A DNA stretch of 64,000 nt from Escherichia coli (GTDB lineage: Bacteria > Pseudomonadota > Gammaproteobacteria > Enterobacterales > Enterobacteriaceae): the NCBI RefSeq assembly GCF_024223415.1, contig NZ_CP100500.1. The stretch is one strand, 5' to 3'. Below are positions 41,850-50,971 of this stretch, one piece after another (the first letter of the stretch is position 1; every line of letters begins with the position of its first letter). Made by a program: the position numbers and the translations under genes. The notes under the pieces are model-generated. The model had not been told where the DNA came from, made no database searches, and saw only the letters and a program-made list of their open reading frames with translations.

Positions 41850-42945
41850 CAGACACTCCAGTCATGTTAAGTGTGATCGCCGTACAGTTTGCCCATTCGT
41901 TTTCTGCCACCACCCTCAGTGCCGGTGTCACCAGCTCAACCTGGTACACCCCGGAAACGGACAATGCACTGATAATCTGGCTGGGGACAATATCACGCCC
42001 CAGCGCGGTGGCACGTGATGCCACCCAGTTCTGTATGGCGCTGTTAGCGTTGTCCTTTACCAGCCTTGCATCCTGGTCACGATAGATCGTAATCCTGGCT
42101 TCAATGGTGTAATCCACCTTCACTGGTGTTTTAGCCCGCACGGTATCAGTGAGTGGTCTGACTTTTTCGTCCGAACAGAAACTCTCTACCAGCGTCAGAA
42201 CACCGCTGTCCGGCAGGCCGGTGCTCAGCAGCGGATAAATTTCTACTGTGCCGGGAACCGGGGAAAGTACAGCAACATCGACAATGCCGGGATGGGCCTG
42301 CATGGCATGAAAGCGGTATGCGCCACGGCTTCCGGCATTGGTGAATGACTCCGGGGCCAGCCTGATACGCTCCCGGAGCCTGTCATCGTCTTCCTGTTCT
42401 GAACCGCCGGAGCTGGCCGTCAGATTGCTCACCAGCAGGTCGACGTTATCAATCTCATCGAGTAACTGACTGACCTGCGCAGGTTGCCAGCCGTTACCAG
42501 CAGTACCGGGTTCGGTACAGGTGGCCGTGACATTGACCAGTAGCAATCCGGCCTTCAGTACCACATCTGTATCGGTGGCAAAAATAACGCTGTCGGAAGC
42601 GCTGACGCGGGTGCCTGCCGGGATCAGCACATCAATGGCCAGTGCCTCATCCACAGAGAACTGGAGCGTGGTGGTGGCAGGCTGCGCGGCAAGGCGGTAT
42701 ACACCGACCAGTTCACCGAGGTAATCAATCATCGGCTCACGGGCAAAGGCGACAAGATTCTGCTTTGCTGCCTCCTGTACCGCAACCCTGACCAGCATTT
42801 CGCGATAGGCCCACAGGTCAATCAGCAGACGTTCTGCCTGTGCCGGGTACAACGTTTTGCCGGTATCCGCTTCATATTTCGCAATTATTTCTGCCGTGAT
42901 TTTATCGGCATCGCGTTCAATAAAATCGGGTTCTGTCAGCGCCAT
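41842..42945 (-). CDS. baseplate J-like protein (Mu gp47-like)
   Basis: 367 aa, position and size match baseplate J family. Confidence 0.75.
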   Translation of the reverse strand: MALTEPDFIERDADKITAEIIAKYEADTGKTLYPAQAERLLIDLWAYREMLVRVAVQEAAKQNLVAFAREPMIDYLGELVGVYRLAAQPATTTLQFSVDEALAIDVLIPAGTRVSASDSVIFATDTDVVLKAGLLLVNVTATCTEPGTAGNGWQPAQVSQLLDEIDNVDLLVSNLTASSGGSEQEDDDRLRERIRLAPESFTNAGSRGAYRFHAMQAHPGIVDVAVLSPVPGTVEIYPLLSTGLPDSGVLTLVESFCSDEKVRPLTDTVRAKTPVKVDYTIEARITIYRDQDARLVKDNANSAIQNWVASRATALGRDIVPSQIISALSVSGVYQVELVTPALRVVAENEWANCTAITLNMTGVSDD

Positions 42946-43283
42946 AGCAGCTCCTGAGTCCGGGTCTGTCCGTCTGAGCCTTTCCAGCTCACCCGGAGCG
43001 TAAGATGTTCGCCGTCGACGGCGGGTTTAACCGACATAAGCTGGCAGCGGGGTTCCCAGCGCCGGATGGCATCGACGGATTCGCGCACCACATGCGGAAT
43101 GGCCCGGTCTACAGGCCAGTCGATATAAAGATGCAGATTGCTGCCGAACTCCGGGCGATGCGGGTCGCTGCCGCGGGGAGTCCGCAGGATAATTTGAATC
43201 GCCTGCCGGATATCATCCAGCCCCCGGACAATTTCGCCGGGAGCCTGCAGGGCTGGTTGCCAGAATACTGAGGTGGTTTTCAT
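42936..43283 (-). CDS. baseplate assembly protein W (GPW/gp25-like)
   Basis: 115 aa, synteny and size. Confidence 0.7.
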   Translation of the reverse strand: MKTTSVFWQPALQAPGEIVRGLDDIRQAIQIILRTPRGSDPHRPEFGSNLHLYIDWPVDRAIPHVVRESVDAIRRWEPRCQLMSVKPAVDGEHLTLRVSWKGSDGQTRTQELLWR

Positions 43284-43339
43284 GGGGGCAGTATTGCCCC
43301 CGGGAAGTAAGCGCCGATATTAAAGGCGTTTAAGAAGGT

Positions 43340-43867
43340 TCAATGGGAATGGTGATTAGAGTTCTGACCATCAGCAAATATGTCACCCGTTGCATGGGCG
43401 CTTCCGTTGATTTCCAGATCACCATTGAGTGTCGCGTTGCCGTTGATTGTGGTAACTCCCGTGAGGTCAATGTCTTTCCCTTTGAGAGAGATATCAGCGG
43501 CAACCTCCACCACGATACGCTCAATACCTCCTCTGACCGTCAGCGTATGGGTCGCGCGGTTATAACTGAACTCCGCGCCATCAGCGTATTTCGTACCCCG
43601 GACGCTTTTATCACTGAACGGCGGTTTATCGACGTCTGAGTACACCGCGCCCAGAATAACACCGTCCTCGCCGTTGGCATCGAGCAGCACCTCAACCTGC
43701 TCCCCCACGTCAGGGAGCCAGTAATCCTTGTTATCCTGGGTATTGCGCTGCAGCACGTTAAGCCAGTTTGTGCGCAGGTTATCGCATTCAGGCAGACGAA
43801 CGCGGGCCTGAACCCTGTCGGCATCAACGGCACTGACCGTACCGACCTGACGAGTGACACCAGTCAT
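43340..43867 (-). CDS. baseplate spike/assembly protein V-like (Mu gp45-like)
   Basis: 175 aa with C-terminal …NGDLEINGSAHATGD… spike-like repeats. Confidence 0.7.
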   Translation of the reverse strand: MTGVTRQVGTVSAVDADRVQARVRLPECDNLRTNWLNVLQRNTQDNKDYWLPDVGEQVEVLLDANGEDGVILGAVYSDVDKPPFSDKSVRGTKYADGAEFSYNRATHTLTVRGGIERIVVEVAADISLKGKDIDLTGVTTINGNATLNGDLEINGSAHATGDIFADGQNSNHHSH

Positions 43868-45018
43868 TTTTTCTTCTCCTTAATCACCGTCGATGTACTG
43901 CCATCCGGGTGATAAACCGTGAGTTTCTGAGTTTTTTGTTTTTTCCCTCTTGTGACTGGCCCCCGTGCCACTTCCAGCTCTGTGGTGTAGCCGCTGTTAC
44001 GGTCAAACGCATGGCGGGCAGTGGTTATGAGCCATGGCCCGGATAACTGCCCAAAACCCACCAGTTCAATTTTGTTGCCTGCTGTCAGTTGAGGCGTTCC
44101 CGTCAGCGTCAGGGAGCCGTTCTGCTGGTATTCGTTATGTCTGGCCAGTGCTGAATCCGCTTTAATCCGGGCACTGTCCGGGTCGCTGACGCGGCTGTTA
44201 ACTTTAAGTGAGTCAGCGCTGGTAACCTTACCACCTTTGAGCTTTTTGTCGCTTTCACGGGTACCACCATCAGCTTCGTAGACGATCAGTTTTTTACTGC
44301 TGCTTTTCTGGTGTTTTACCTTTGCAGATTTATAGACCCGGTTGATGGTGTCACGCAGGGAAAAGCGGGCCACATCCTGCGGTTTTAACTGCCTGACCGG
44401 CTCCTGACTGCGCAGTGTGGCCAGATGAGAAAAAATCAACTGGTCACTGACCACTTTCACTGCATAACCATACTCGCTGGCCAGCCGGCGCAGAAAACCC
44501 ACGTCGGTTTCAGCATACTGGGTCACCCGGTCGATTCTGATGGACTCAATGCTGCCCACCAGTTTCAGTCGGTGCTTTCTGGCAATCCGCCCCGCAACAG
44601 CTGCCAGAGTGGTGTTCTCAAAACCACGGCTGGATTTAGTCCGCAGAGCACTGTTAACCGAGGTGGCCACCCCACGGATAGCGACAACGGACGCGGGCGA
44701 ACTCACTTCGATCTCGTCTATTGAGAATGTACCGCAGGACAGCAGTTTCTCGCCCTGATAACCCATTTTCAGCGTCAGCGTGTCACCCTTGCCCGGATAC
44801 CACTTATCCAGCCAGCGGCCATCGGTGTCGTCCAGCTCCACCTCAATGGTATCGGACTCATTTTTGATGTTATCGCTCCAGACCACACGGGTGACATAAG
44901 GCGCGATATCAGAGGTGATGTTTTTCTGCAGATACCACATAGTGAACACCGGCGTCAGCACCTCGCTGACGCCGGTTAACGCTGATGTGGCTTGCGCAGT
45001 GCTGTTTATCTCAGCCAT
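43864..45018 (-). CDS. phage late control D-like / baseplate hub protein (Mu gp44-like)
   Basis: 384 aa, synteny downstream of tape measure and gpU-like genes. Confidence 0.7.
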   Translation of the reverse strand: MAEINSTAQATSALTGVSEVLTPVFTMWYLQKNITSDIAPYVTRVVWSDNIKNESDTIEVELDDTDGRWLDKWYPGKGDTLTLKMGYQGEKLLSCGTFSIDEIEVSSPASVVAIRGVATSVNSALRTKSSRGFENTTLAAVAGRIARKHRLKLVGSIESIRIDRVTQYAETDVGFLRRLASEYGYAVKVVSDQLIFSHLATLRSQEPVRQLKPQDVARFSLRDTINRVYKSAKVKHQKSSSKKLIVYEADGGTRESDKKLKGGKVTSADSLKVNSRVSDPDSARIKADSALARHNEYQQNGSLTLTGTPQLTAGNKIELVGFGQLSGPWLITTARHAFDRNSGYTTELEVARGPVTRGKKQKTQKLTVYHPDGSTSTVIKEKKK

Positions 45019-45221
45019 GGGGCAATATCCTCTTCTGTACGGGCATCTTCAGCCTCAATAACCGGGATCAGTAACAACAACCCGGAGGGCAGCACCGGCG
45101 TGATAGCCACGTGCGGATTGGCTGCAATAATCCGGGGATAGCCCAGCGGGTCACCGTAGTACTGCCATGCCAGCGAATCCCAGCGCTCTCCGTCACGGGT
45201 AATATGTTCAAGAAACATCAC
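45006..45221 (-). CDS. phage tail protein X-like (LysM-like)
   Basis: 71 aa, …WDSLAWQYYGDPLGYPRIIAANPHV… resembles P2 gpX pattern. Confidence 0.6.
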   Translation of the reverse strand: MMFLEHITRDGERWDSLAWQYYGDPLGYPRIIAANPHVAITPVLPSGLLLLIPVIEAEDARTEEDIAPWLR

Positions 45222-46102
45222 ACACTCCTCGTCAGTATTCTGGCGGCCATTGCACTTAATCGCGGAGACATGCGGTTGAATGCTGTGCCGGCGGCGTTAA
45301 GCTGCCCGGAAACGGTATCCAGAGCACCTGCAATATTTCTTTTGTCCACACCACTCAGCGCAGACTGTGCCTGCTGTATATACGTGGCTGCTTCGCTGGC
45401 TGTTCTGGCCAGACTGATGGCATCGGGCATGGATTCAGAGAGTGCATTAAATGCCGGCACACTTTTCCCCAGAGCGCCGGATATATTACCCAGTCCGCTC
45501 ATCAGTCCCGGCACACGGGTCAGCGCGACAACGGGGTTATCCTTCATTTTCTGCGCCACCCGAACGGCACTGATGGTGGTCTGGAGTACAGACTGCGCCT
45601 GTTTCGCATAGTTGACACCGTTGCGGATGAACTGTGCCCCCCCGGAAGGCGATGGAACGGCACCAGATACGGCCCCGGCACCGGGAACCTGCCTGCGTAT
45701 TGCCGGTGGTTTCAGGGGATTCTTCGGGTCACCGGTGTATTCCCGGAGAGACACGGTTGCGCTGACAGCCAGTACGTTGCCGGTACTGTCAGTCTGCTCG
45801 CTGGTTGCAGTCACATCGGTAATCACGAACCAGGCGCGATAGTCACCGTTGCCGAAGACCAGCGCCAGTGCCTGATGGGCTTTCATGGCTGCCCGAAGTC
45901 TCGCCAGCTCCACGTCGGGCACACAATAATGCTGATGGAAGACCAGACTTATCTGGATTTCGTCCAGCCTGTCGCCGACGAACTGCAGACCGGGCTTACT
46001 CCCGATGCGGGCATGCTCCGCATAATCGACGCCAGACGTGGCCTCGAAGCCGTCCCAGTAGGTAATCAGCTCAAACTCAATATCACCCAGTACGGCAAAC
46101 AT
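45218..46102 (-). CDS. phage tail protein U-like / DNA circulation protein (Mu gp43-like)
   Basis: 294 aa directly downstream of tape measure gene; N-terminus MFAVLGDIEFELITY… gpU-like. Confidence 0.6.
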   Translation of the reverse strand: MFAVLGDIEFELITYWDGFEATSGVDYAEHARIGSKPGLQFVGDRLDEIQISLVFHQHYCVPDVELARLRAAMKAHQALALVFGNGDYRAWFVITDVTATSEQTDSTGNVLAVSATVSLREYTGDPKNPLKPPAIRRQVPGAGAVSGAVPSPSGGAQFIRNGVNYAKQAQSVLQTTISAVRVAQKMKDNPVVALTRVPGLMSGLGNISGALGKSVPAFNALSESMPDAISLARTASEAATYIQQAQSALSGVDKRNIAGALDTVSGQLNAAGTAFNRMSPRLSAMAARILTRSV

Positions 46103-49100
46103 CAGCGGTACTCCTTACGTTGTTTCTGAGCCAGCAGACGCTCCAGCATTTTTTCCAGCTCATGCAGACTCATATTCAGGGCACCAGTCAGTCCTGCAGG
46201 CGCTGTGGTTTCCCTGCCATTGAGGAAAAACTGAGGATTAAAGCTGACCTGGATACCACCAGACGTTCCACCGCCGGTTGCAGCTGCACCACGGCCTGAA
46301 TATCCGGCAGCCAGGATTTCAGGCGAGGGGATACGGGGAATATCCGGTGCCATCTCATTTGCCAGACGTTGCCCTGGTAAAATCGATGCCCGGGTGGAGA
46401 GCGGAATAGCGGGCATGGAAGACAAACTATTGATTACGGCTCCGATCGCATTTTTAGCAGACGACATAAACCCATTGATATCGGGCAACGGCATACTGAA
46501 GCGAACACCTGAAGTGTTATCCCGTATTTCTGGCCCCTGAATGCTCACGGGCATTTTGGGGAGCAGTTCACTGGCCATTCGCTGCCCGGCCAGAGCTGCA
46601 AGCGGAGTAGTCCGCTGCAGGCCAATGGCGGCCCCCTGCGCGATATTGTCGCCAAAGACCATAAACACGCGGCTCGGCGAATGAATGCCCAGCTTTTCGC
46701 TGAACCAGCCACTGATGCTGTCACCCATTCCGGTTACACTGGATTTGAGCGACTCCCATTTGTTTTTGATACCGTTAATCAGACCATCGACAAGATGGCC
46801 ACCGAAGTCGGTAAACTTTGCCGGCAGATCAACACCAAGATATTTCATCGCAGCTGCAAAGGCTTTATAGAGCAGACCTGCCGGCGACCAGTTAATCAGC
46901 AACTTACCAGTTCCCACAATGCCGCCGTTAAAGGCTTCCTGAATGTCAGCCCAGCACTGTTTAAACCAGCTACTGATGCTGTCACCCATTCCGGTTACAC
47001 TGGATTTGAGCGACCCCCATTTGTTTTTGATACCGTTAATCAGACCGTCGACAAGATGGCCACCGAAGTCGGTGAACTTTGCCGGCAGAGCAACGCCGAA
47101 ATATTTCAGCGCAGCTGCAAAGGCTTTATAGAGCAGGCCTGCCGGCGACCAGTTAATCAGCAACTTACCAGTTCCCACAATGCCGCCGTTAAAGGCTTCC
47201 TGAATGTCAGCCCAGCACTGTTTAAACCAGCTACTGATGCTGTCACCCATTCCGGTTACACTGGATTTGAGCGACCCCCATTTGTTTTTGATACCGTTAA
47301 TCAGACCGTCGACAAGATGGCCACCGAAGTCGGTGAACTTTGCCGGCAGAGCAACGCCGAAATATTTCAGCGCAGCTGCAAAGGCTTTATAGAGCAGGCC
47401 TGCCGGCGACCAGTTAATCAGCAACTTACCAGTTCCCACAATGCCGCCGTTAAAGGCTTCCTGAATGTCAGCCCAGCACTGTTTAAACCAGCTACTGATG
47501 CTGTCACCCATTCCGGTTACACTGGATTTGAGCGACCCCCATTTGTTTTTGATACCGTTAATCAGACCGTCGATAAGATGGCCACCGAAGTCGGTGAACT
47601 TTGCCGGCAGAGCAACGCCGAAATATTTCAGCGCAGCTGCAAAGGCTTTATAGAGCAGACCTGCCGGCGACCAGTTAATCAGCAGCTTACCAGTTCCCGC
47701 GATACCGCCGTTAAAGGCTTCCTGAATGTCAGCCCAGCGCTGTTTAAACCAGCCACTGACTGCCCCCCAGTTGCGGTAGATAAGGTAAGCTGCTGCCGCG
47801 ACAGCGGTGATAACGAGACCGATGGGATTCATCATCAGCGCCCGGCCAATCCAGAGAACGGCACGCCCGGCGATCATAATGCCGCGAACCAGTCCCCCGG
47901 AGAGCACACCACCCAGTGTTCTGACTCCTCTGGCGACGGCACCAAAGCCGGTCACCAACCAGCGAAGCTTACCGCCTTCCCCCAGTGCAAGCGTCAGACG
48001 AAGCCAGTTGGTCCGGAGTAAAACAGCAGTTTTCCAGACGTTCACAAAGGGGGAAATAAGGAGATTCAGCCCCAGTTTGAGACCAATAGTCGCTATCTTA
48101 ATCGCAAGGAGCGCACTGATGAGCTTAAAAGCCCCACTGACAAATTGCGGGTGAGTCGCCACCCAGTGTTTTGCCCCCTGAATGACTGGGATCAGCTCCT
48201 GAGTCAGAGAAATAAAAGAAGGGGCGAGCTGATCGCCCAGCGTAATAGCCAGATCGCGACTGCTGACCATAAGCGCTTTAGTGGCTTCAAGGGGAGATTT
48301 CAGCCGCTGATCGTAAGCACTGGCAAGCAAATCGTTATCCGCAGCCCTGAGAGCACCGGCACGGATCTCGCGATATCTGTCCATGTTGGCCAGCATCGGG
48401 CGGATAAATGCCATGACCTGCATATCCGCGAACATATCGCCCAGACCAAAGTTTTTCGCCAGAGCCTGAAGTGCCTCATCTCTTGCCGTATCATTCTTTA
48501 TTTTCATGGCGGATTTGAAGCCGGCCAGCGCTTCGGGGCTTTTGGCATTGAGGTAACGTTCTATAACACTCAACATCCCTTCAATCGGAGAGATCCCCGC
48601 AGCCTTATAACTCGCAACAGAACCCTGCAAATCAATACCCAGATCAGCAAACTGTTTCTGAGTATCGCGGGCAAAAATTTTGGTAAGAAAGTTTTTAAAA
48701 TTATTGGCTGCTTCGTCGGTGGAGCCCGCACCGATTTTTGCTACCTGGAGACTGGCCCCGATTTCAGCAACAGCCTCTTTTCCACTGGCAATACCCGCCA
48801 TCATTGGGGCCAGGGACTGCATCCACTTGACCTGATCCGGGATTTCAAATGACCCCTGGTCACCGGCATAAGCCATAATATTCTGGACGGCACTAAAATC
48901 TCTGGCGGCACCTTTCAGGGAGTTTTGCCAGACTGCGGCCACTTTTGCCCAGTCCTGAGATGACGTGCGTGTTGCCGTTGCCGCGCGGGCAATATCCGGC
49001 ATCAGAAAACCGATATCTGACAAGTTATCAATATTGTCGCTGATGAGCGAACCCACCGCCTCCTGCAGTTCATCCTGATACTGATTGTATTTTAGCGCCC

Positions 49101-49575
49101 AGCCTTTTATCTGTCCGGCAAGTGCATCCCGCGTTTTATTGTCATATTTTGCGGTGATCGACATATCAATCATTTTGTCCTGAAAAGACATGGACTGCTG
49201 AACGGCAGGGGAAACCGTATGATAAACAGTCTGTGCCATGCCATACGCTTCAATCCCCTGACCATACAGCGCCATGCGGTTAGCTTTCAGCGCATCACTG
49301 GTGGCTGATGCCGCTGACAGACGGCGCTGCTGGCGCTCAATTTGCTCCATGGTGCGGCTTACCCGCAGCAGCTCGCTGTTGAGATGCTGCATCCGGGAAG
49401 AGCCCAGTTGACCATAACGTTCTGTTGCACGGGTTAAAGCGTTCTGACGTTCCTGCAGGCGGCGTGAGGTATCGCTCAGGGAATCAAGCGCACGGCGGGT
49501 ACCGCTCATTGCAGAACGGAATGTGCTGCCAATCATCCCGCCGATAACAACGCCGACTGAAAACTGTCCCGACAT
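46102..49575 (-). CDS. tail tape measure protein with 87-aa internal tandem repeats
   Basis: 1158 aa from ATG 49573-49575 (GGAGG RBS 8 nt upstream); coiled-coil N-terminus, TM-like segments, repeats WFKQCWADIQEAFNGGIVGTGKLLINW…. Confidence 0.85.
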   Translation of the reverse strand: MSGQFSVGVVIGGMIGSTFRSAMSGTRRALDSLSDTSRRLQERQNALTRATERYGQLGSSRMQHLNSELLRVSRTMEQIERQQRRLSAASATSDALKANRMALYGQGIEAYGMAQTVYHTVSPAVQQSMSFQDKMIDMSITAKYDNKTRDALAGQIKGWALKYNQYQDELQEAVGSLISDNIDNLSDIGFLMPDIARAATATRTSSQDWAKVAAVWQNSLKGAARDFSAVQNIMAYAGDQGSFEIPDQVKWMQSLAPMMAGIASGKEAVAEIGASLQVAKIGAGSTDEAANNFKNFLTKIFARDTQKQFADLGIDLQGSVASYKAAGISPIEGMLSVIERYLNAKSPEALAGFKSAMKIKNDTARDEALQALAKNFGLGDMFADMQVMAFIRPMLANMDRYREIRAGALRAADNDLLASAYDQRLKSPLEATKALMVSSRDLAITLGDQLAPSFISLTQELIPVIQGAKHWVATHPQFVSGAFKLISALLAIKIATIGLKLGLNLLISPFVNVWKTAVLLRTNWLRLTLALGEGGKLRWLVTGFGAVARGVRTLGGVLSGGLVRGIMIAGRAVLWIGRALMMNPIGLVITAVAAAAYLIYRNWGAVSGWFKQRWADIQEAFNGGIAGTGKLLINWSPAGLLYKAFAAALKYFGVALPAKFTDFGGHLIDGLINGIKNKWGSLKSSVTGMGDSISSWFKQCWADIQEAFNGGIVGTGKLLINWSPAGLLYKAFAAALKYFGVALPAKFTDFGGHLVDGLINGIKNKWGSLKSSVTGMGDSISSWFKQCWADIQEAFNGGIVGTGKLLINWSPAGLLYKAFAAALKYFGVALPAKFTDFGGHLVDGLINGIKNKWGSLKSSVTGMGDSISSWFKQCWADIQEAFNGGIVGTGKLLINWSPAGLLYKAFAAAMKYLGVDLPAKFTDFGGHLVDGLINGIKNKWESLKSSVTGMGDSISGWFSEKLGIHSPSRVFMVFGDNIAQGAAIGLQRTTPLAALAGQRMASELLPKMPVSIQGPEIRDNTSGVRFSMPLPDINGFMSSAKNAIGAVINSLSSMPAIPLSTRASILPGQRLANEMAPDIPRIPSPEILAAGYSGRGAAATGGGTSGGIQVSFNPQFFLNGRETTAPAGLTGALNMSLHELEKMLERLLAQKQRKEYR
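46700..47760. repeat. 261-bp tandem repeat, about 4 copies, inside tape measure gene
   Basis: Near-identical 87-aa protein repeats; plus-strand shadow ORFs recur at 258-261 bp spacing (46685, 46943, 47204, 47465). Confidence 0.8.
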
Positions 49576-49650
49576 AGTGGTTAACCTCCGGGGAAGGTGA
49601 AAAGACGTGAGGGGATAACGCAGAACAGCCGCCACTGGCGGCTGTCTGTA

Positions 49651-49908
49651 CTACGATTTGTCGCCGTACTCGCTTTTGATTTGCTCTTCAGCCTGCTCCA
49701 GCCACATCTCCAGATCGTCAGTATCGAGGGCATCAATCTCCCCCGGCTGAAACCGGAACCATCTCGCCAGCAGCCCCTGCGCCTGCGTCAGCGCCCTGGT
49801 TGCTCTCACCCATCCCCGTGATGAGCTGAAATCGTTTCTGTAACTGCAGGTAATCAGCCAGATCCATATTGTCGAGATCTTCCGGGAGAAGACCAGTACT
49901 GCGGGCAA
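49651..49908 (-). CDS. frameshift extension ORF of tail assembly chaperone (GT/E'-like)
   Basis: Overlaps 49733-50068 in +1/-2 frame; C-terminal …EIDALDTDDLEMWLEQAEEQIKSEYGDKS ends 75 bp before tape measure start; G5 run at overlap end. Confidence 0.4.
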   Translation of the reverse strand: MPAVLVFSRKISTIWIWLITCSYRNDFSSSRGWVRATRALTQAQGLLARWFRFQPGEIDALDTDDLEMWLEQAEEQIKSEYGDKS

Positions 49909-50068
49909 TCAGCGGTTCGTCCCAGTCTGCCGGGTTTTTGCTGATTTTGCGCACCTGCTTCAGGTCTTTTACCGTCAGGCGTTTCAGTTCAACCTGCTCA
50001 ATTCTGGTGCCTGCAGCAGTGGTGAAGGGATAAGACAATTTAAAAGTATCGGATGGGGTCTGTGACAT
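49733..50068 (-). CDS. tail assembly chaperone (G/E-like)
   Basis: 111 aa acidic protein immediately upstream of tape measure gene; overlapped by ORF 49651-49908 in another frame. Confidence 0.55.
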   Translation of the reverse strand: MSQTPSDTFKLSYPFTTAAGTRIEQVELKRLTVKDLKQVRKISKNPADWDEPLIARSTGLLPEDLDNMDLADYLQLQKRFQLITGMGESNQGADAGAGAAGEMVPVSAGGD

Positions 50069-50165
50069 GATTGTGCTCCTGTGTAAGTTCAGGGCAGTAT
50101 GTCGGGAGAAGCGCGTGACGGATATTAAAGGAGATTAAGAAGAAGGGGCCGGAGCCCCTGTGATG

Positions 50166-50447
50166 TCAGCAAGTGCGAAAACCCTTGCAGTTACGCAGGA
50201 AAGCGATGAGAAGCGTCTTTCCCTCAGATTTGCCGGTGCCGGAGAACCAGTGGTCAGGCGGCTCCCATGCTTCAATCAAATCGGCCAGTTTGCGGGCCTT
50301 TGAACGTGTGCAGTCAATCGGGTCATTCGTTTTCTGTGTATTAAACAGCGTTTCAACCCCGGGAATATCCAGGATTGCAAACCACGTACCGTTTGACATG
50401 CCCAGTGACGCACAGCGCCCCCCTTTGTCAGTCAGTTCAACGCTCAC
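50166..50447 (-). CDS. hypothetical phage protein
   Basis: 93 aa ORF between tube and chaperone genes, co-oriented. Confidence 0.45.
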   Translation of the reverse strand: MSVELTDKGGRCASLGMSNGTWFAILDIPGVETLFNTQKTNDPIDCTRSKARKLADLIEAWEPPDHWFSGTGKSEGKTLLIAFLRNCKGFRTC

Positions 50448-50449
50448 CG

Positions 50450-50971
50450 TCAGCCTCCGATATTGATACGGTAGTCAGTCAGTTGATCAACGCCACCGAC
50501 GCGGAAGATGTTAGCCAGGTAGTCCAGTTGCAGCAGCTCTTCACCATCCAGTACCTGTCTGATATACGTGCAGGTGAAGCTACTGGAGAACTCGGCGTTC
50601 TCGTGCTGTTTGAACGTCCCCAGCGGGTTCTTCTTGAACATAATCGTCAGGAAGGTGACCAGCGGGATTTCGTCAATCAGCCCCTGCGAGCTGTAGCGCT
50701 GGACGCTGGAGCGACACTGCAGTGCCAGAGACCTGTACGGGTTCGCGACAGACAGCATCGCATCGCGGTAAAAGCTGTTCCATTTGATTTCGCCTTCCAG
50801 TTTGTCAAAACCAGCCGGGAGTTCCACCTTACCCACCATCCCCAGCGCCTTGTGTTCCTGCATAATCATGGAGACATCGGGGAGTTTAACTTCCTCAGCC
50901 CGTCCCAGCAGGTTAGTACCATCCAGATAGATGTTGGCATTCGTGATGCGGTTTATCTCAATCTTTGACAT
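50450..50971 (-). CDS. major tail tube protein
   Basis: 173 aa directly downstream of sheath gene (stop/start overlap), size and synteny of contractile-tail tube proteins. Confidence 0.8.
   Translation of the reverse strand: MSKIEINRITNANIYLDGTNLLGRAEEVKLPDVSMIMQEHKALGMVGKVELPAGFDKLEGEIKWNSFYRDAMLSVANPYRSLALQCRSSVQRYSSQGLIDEIPLVTFLTIMFKKNPLGTFKQHENAEFSSSFTCTYIRQVLDGEELLQLDYLANIFRVGGVDQLTDYRINIGG

Noticed and set aside
46681-48021. 446-aa plus-strand ORF, with smaller recurring plus-strand ORFs at 46685, 46943, 47204 and 47465
   Set aside because: Lies antisense within the tape measure gene and is itself repetitive because of the 261-bp repeats; shadow ORF, no independent start context.
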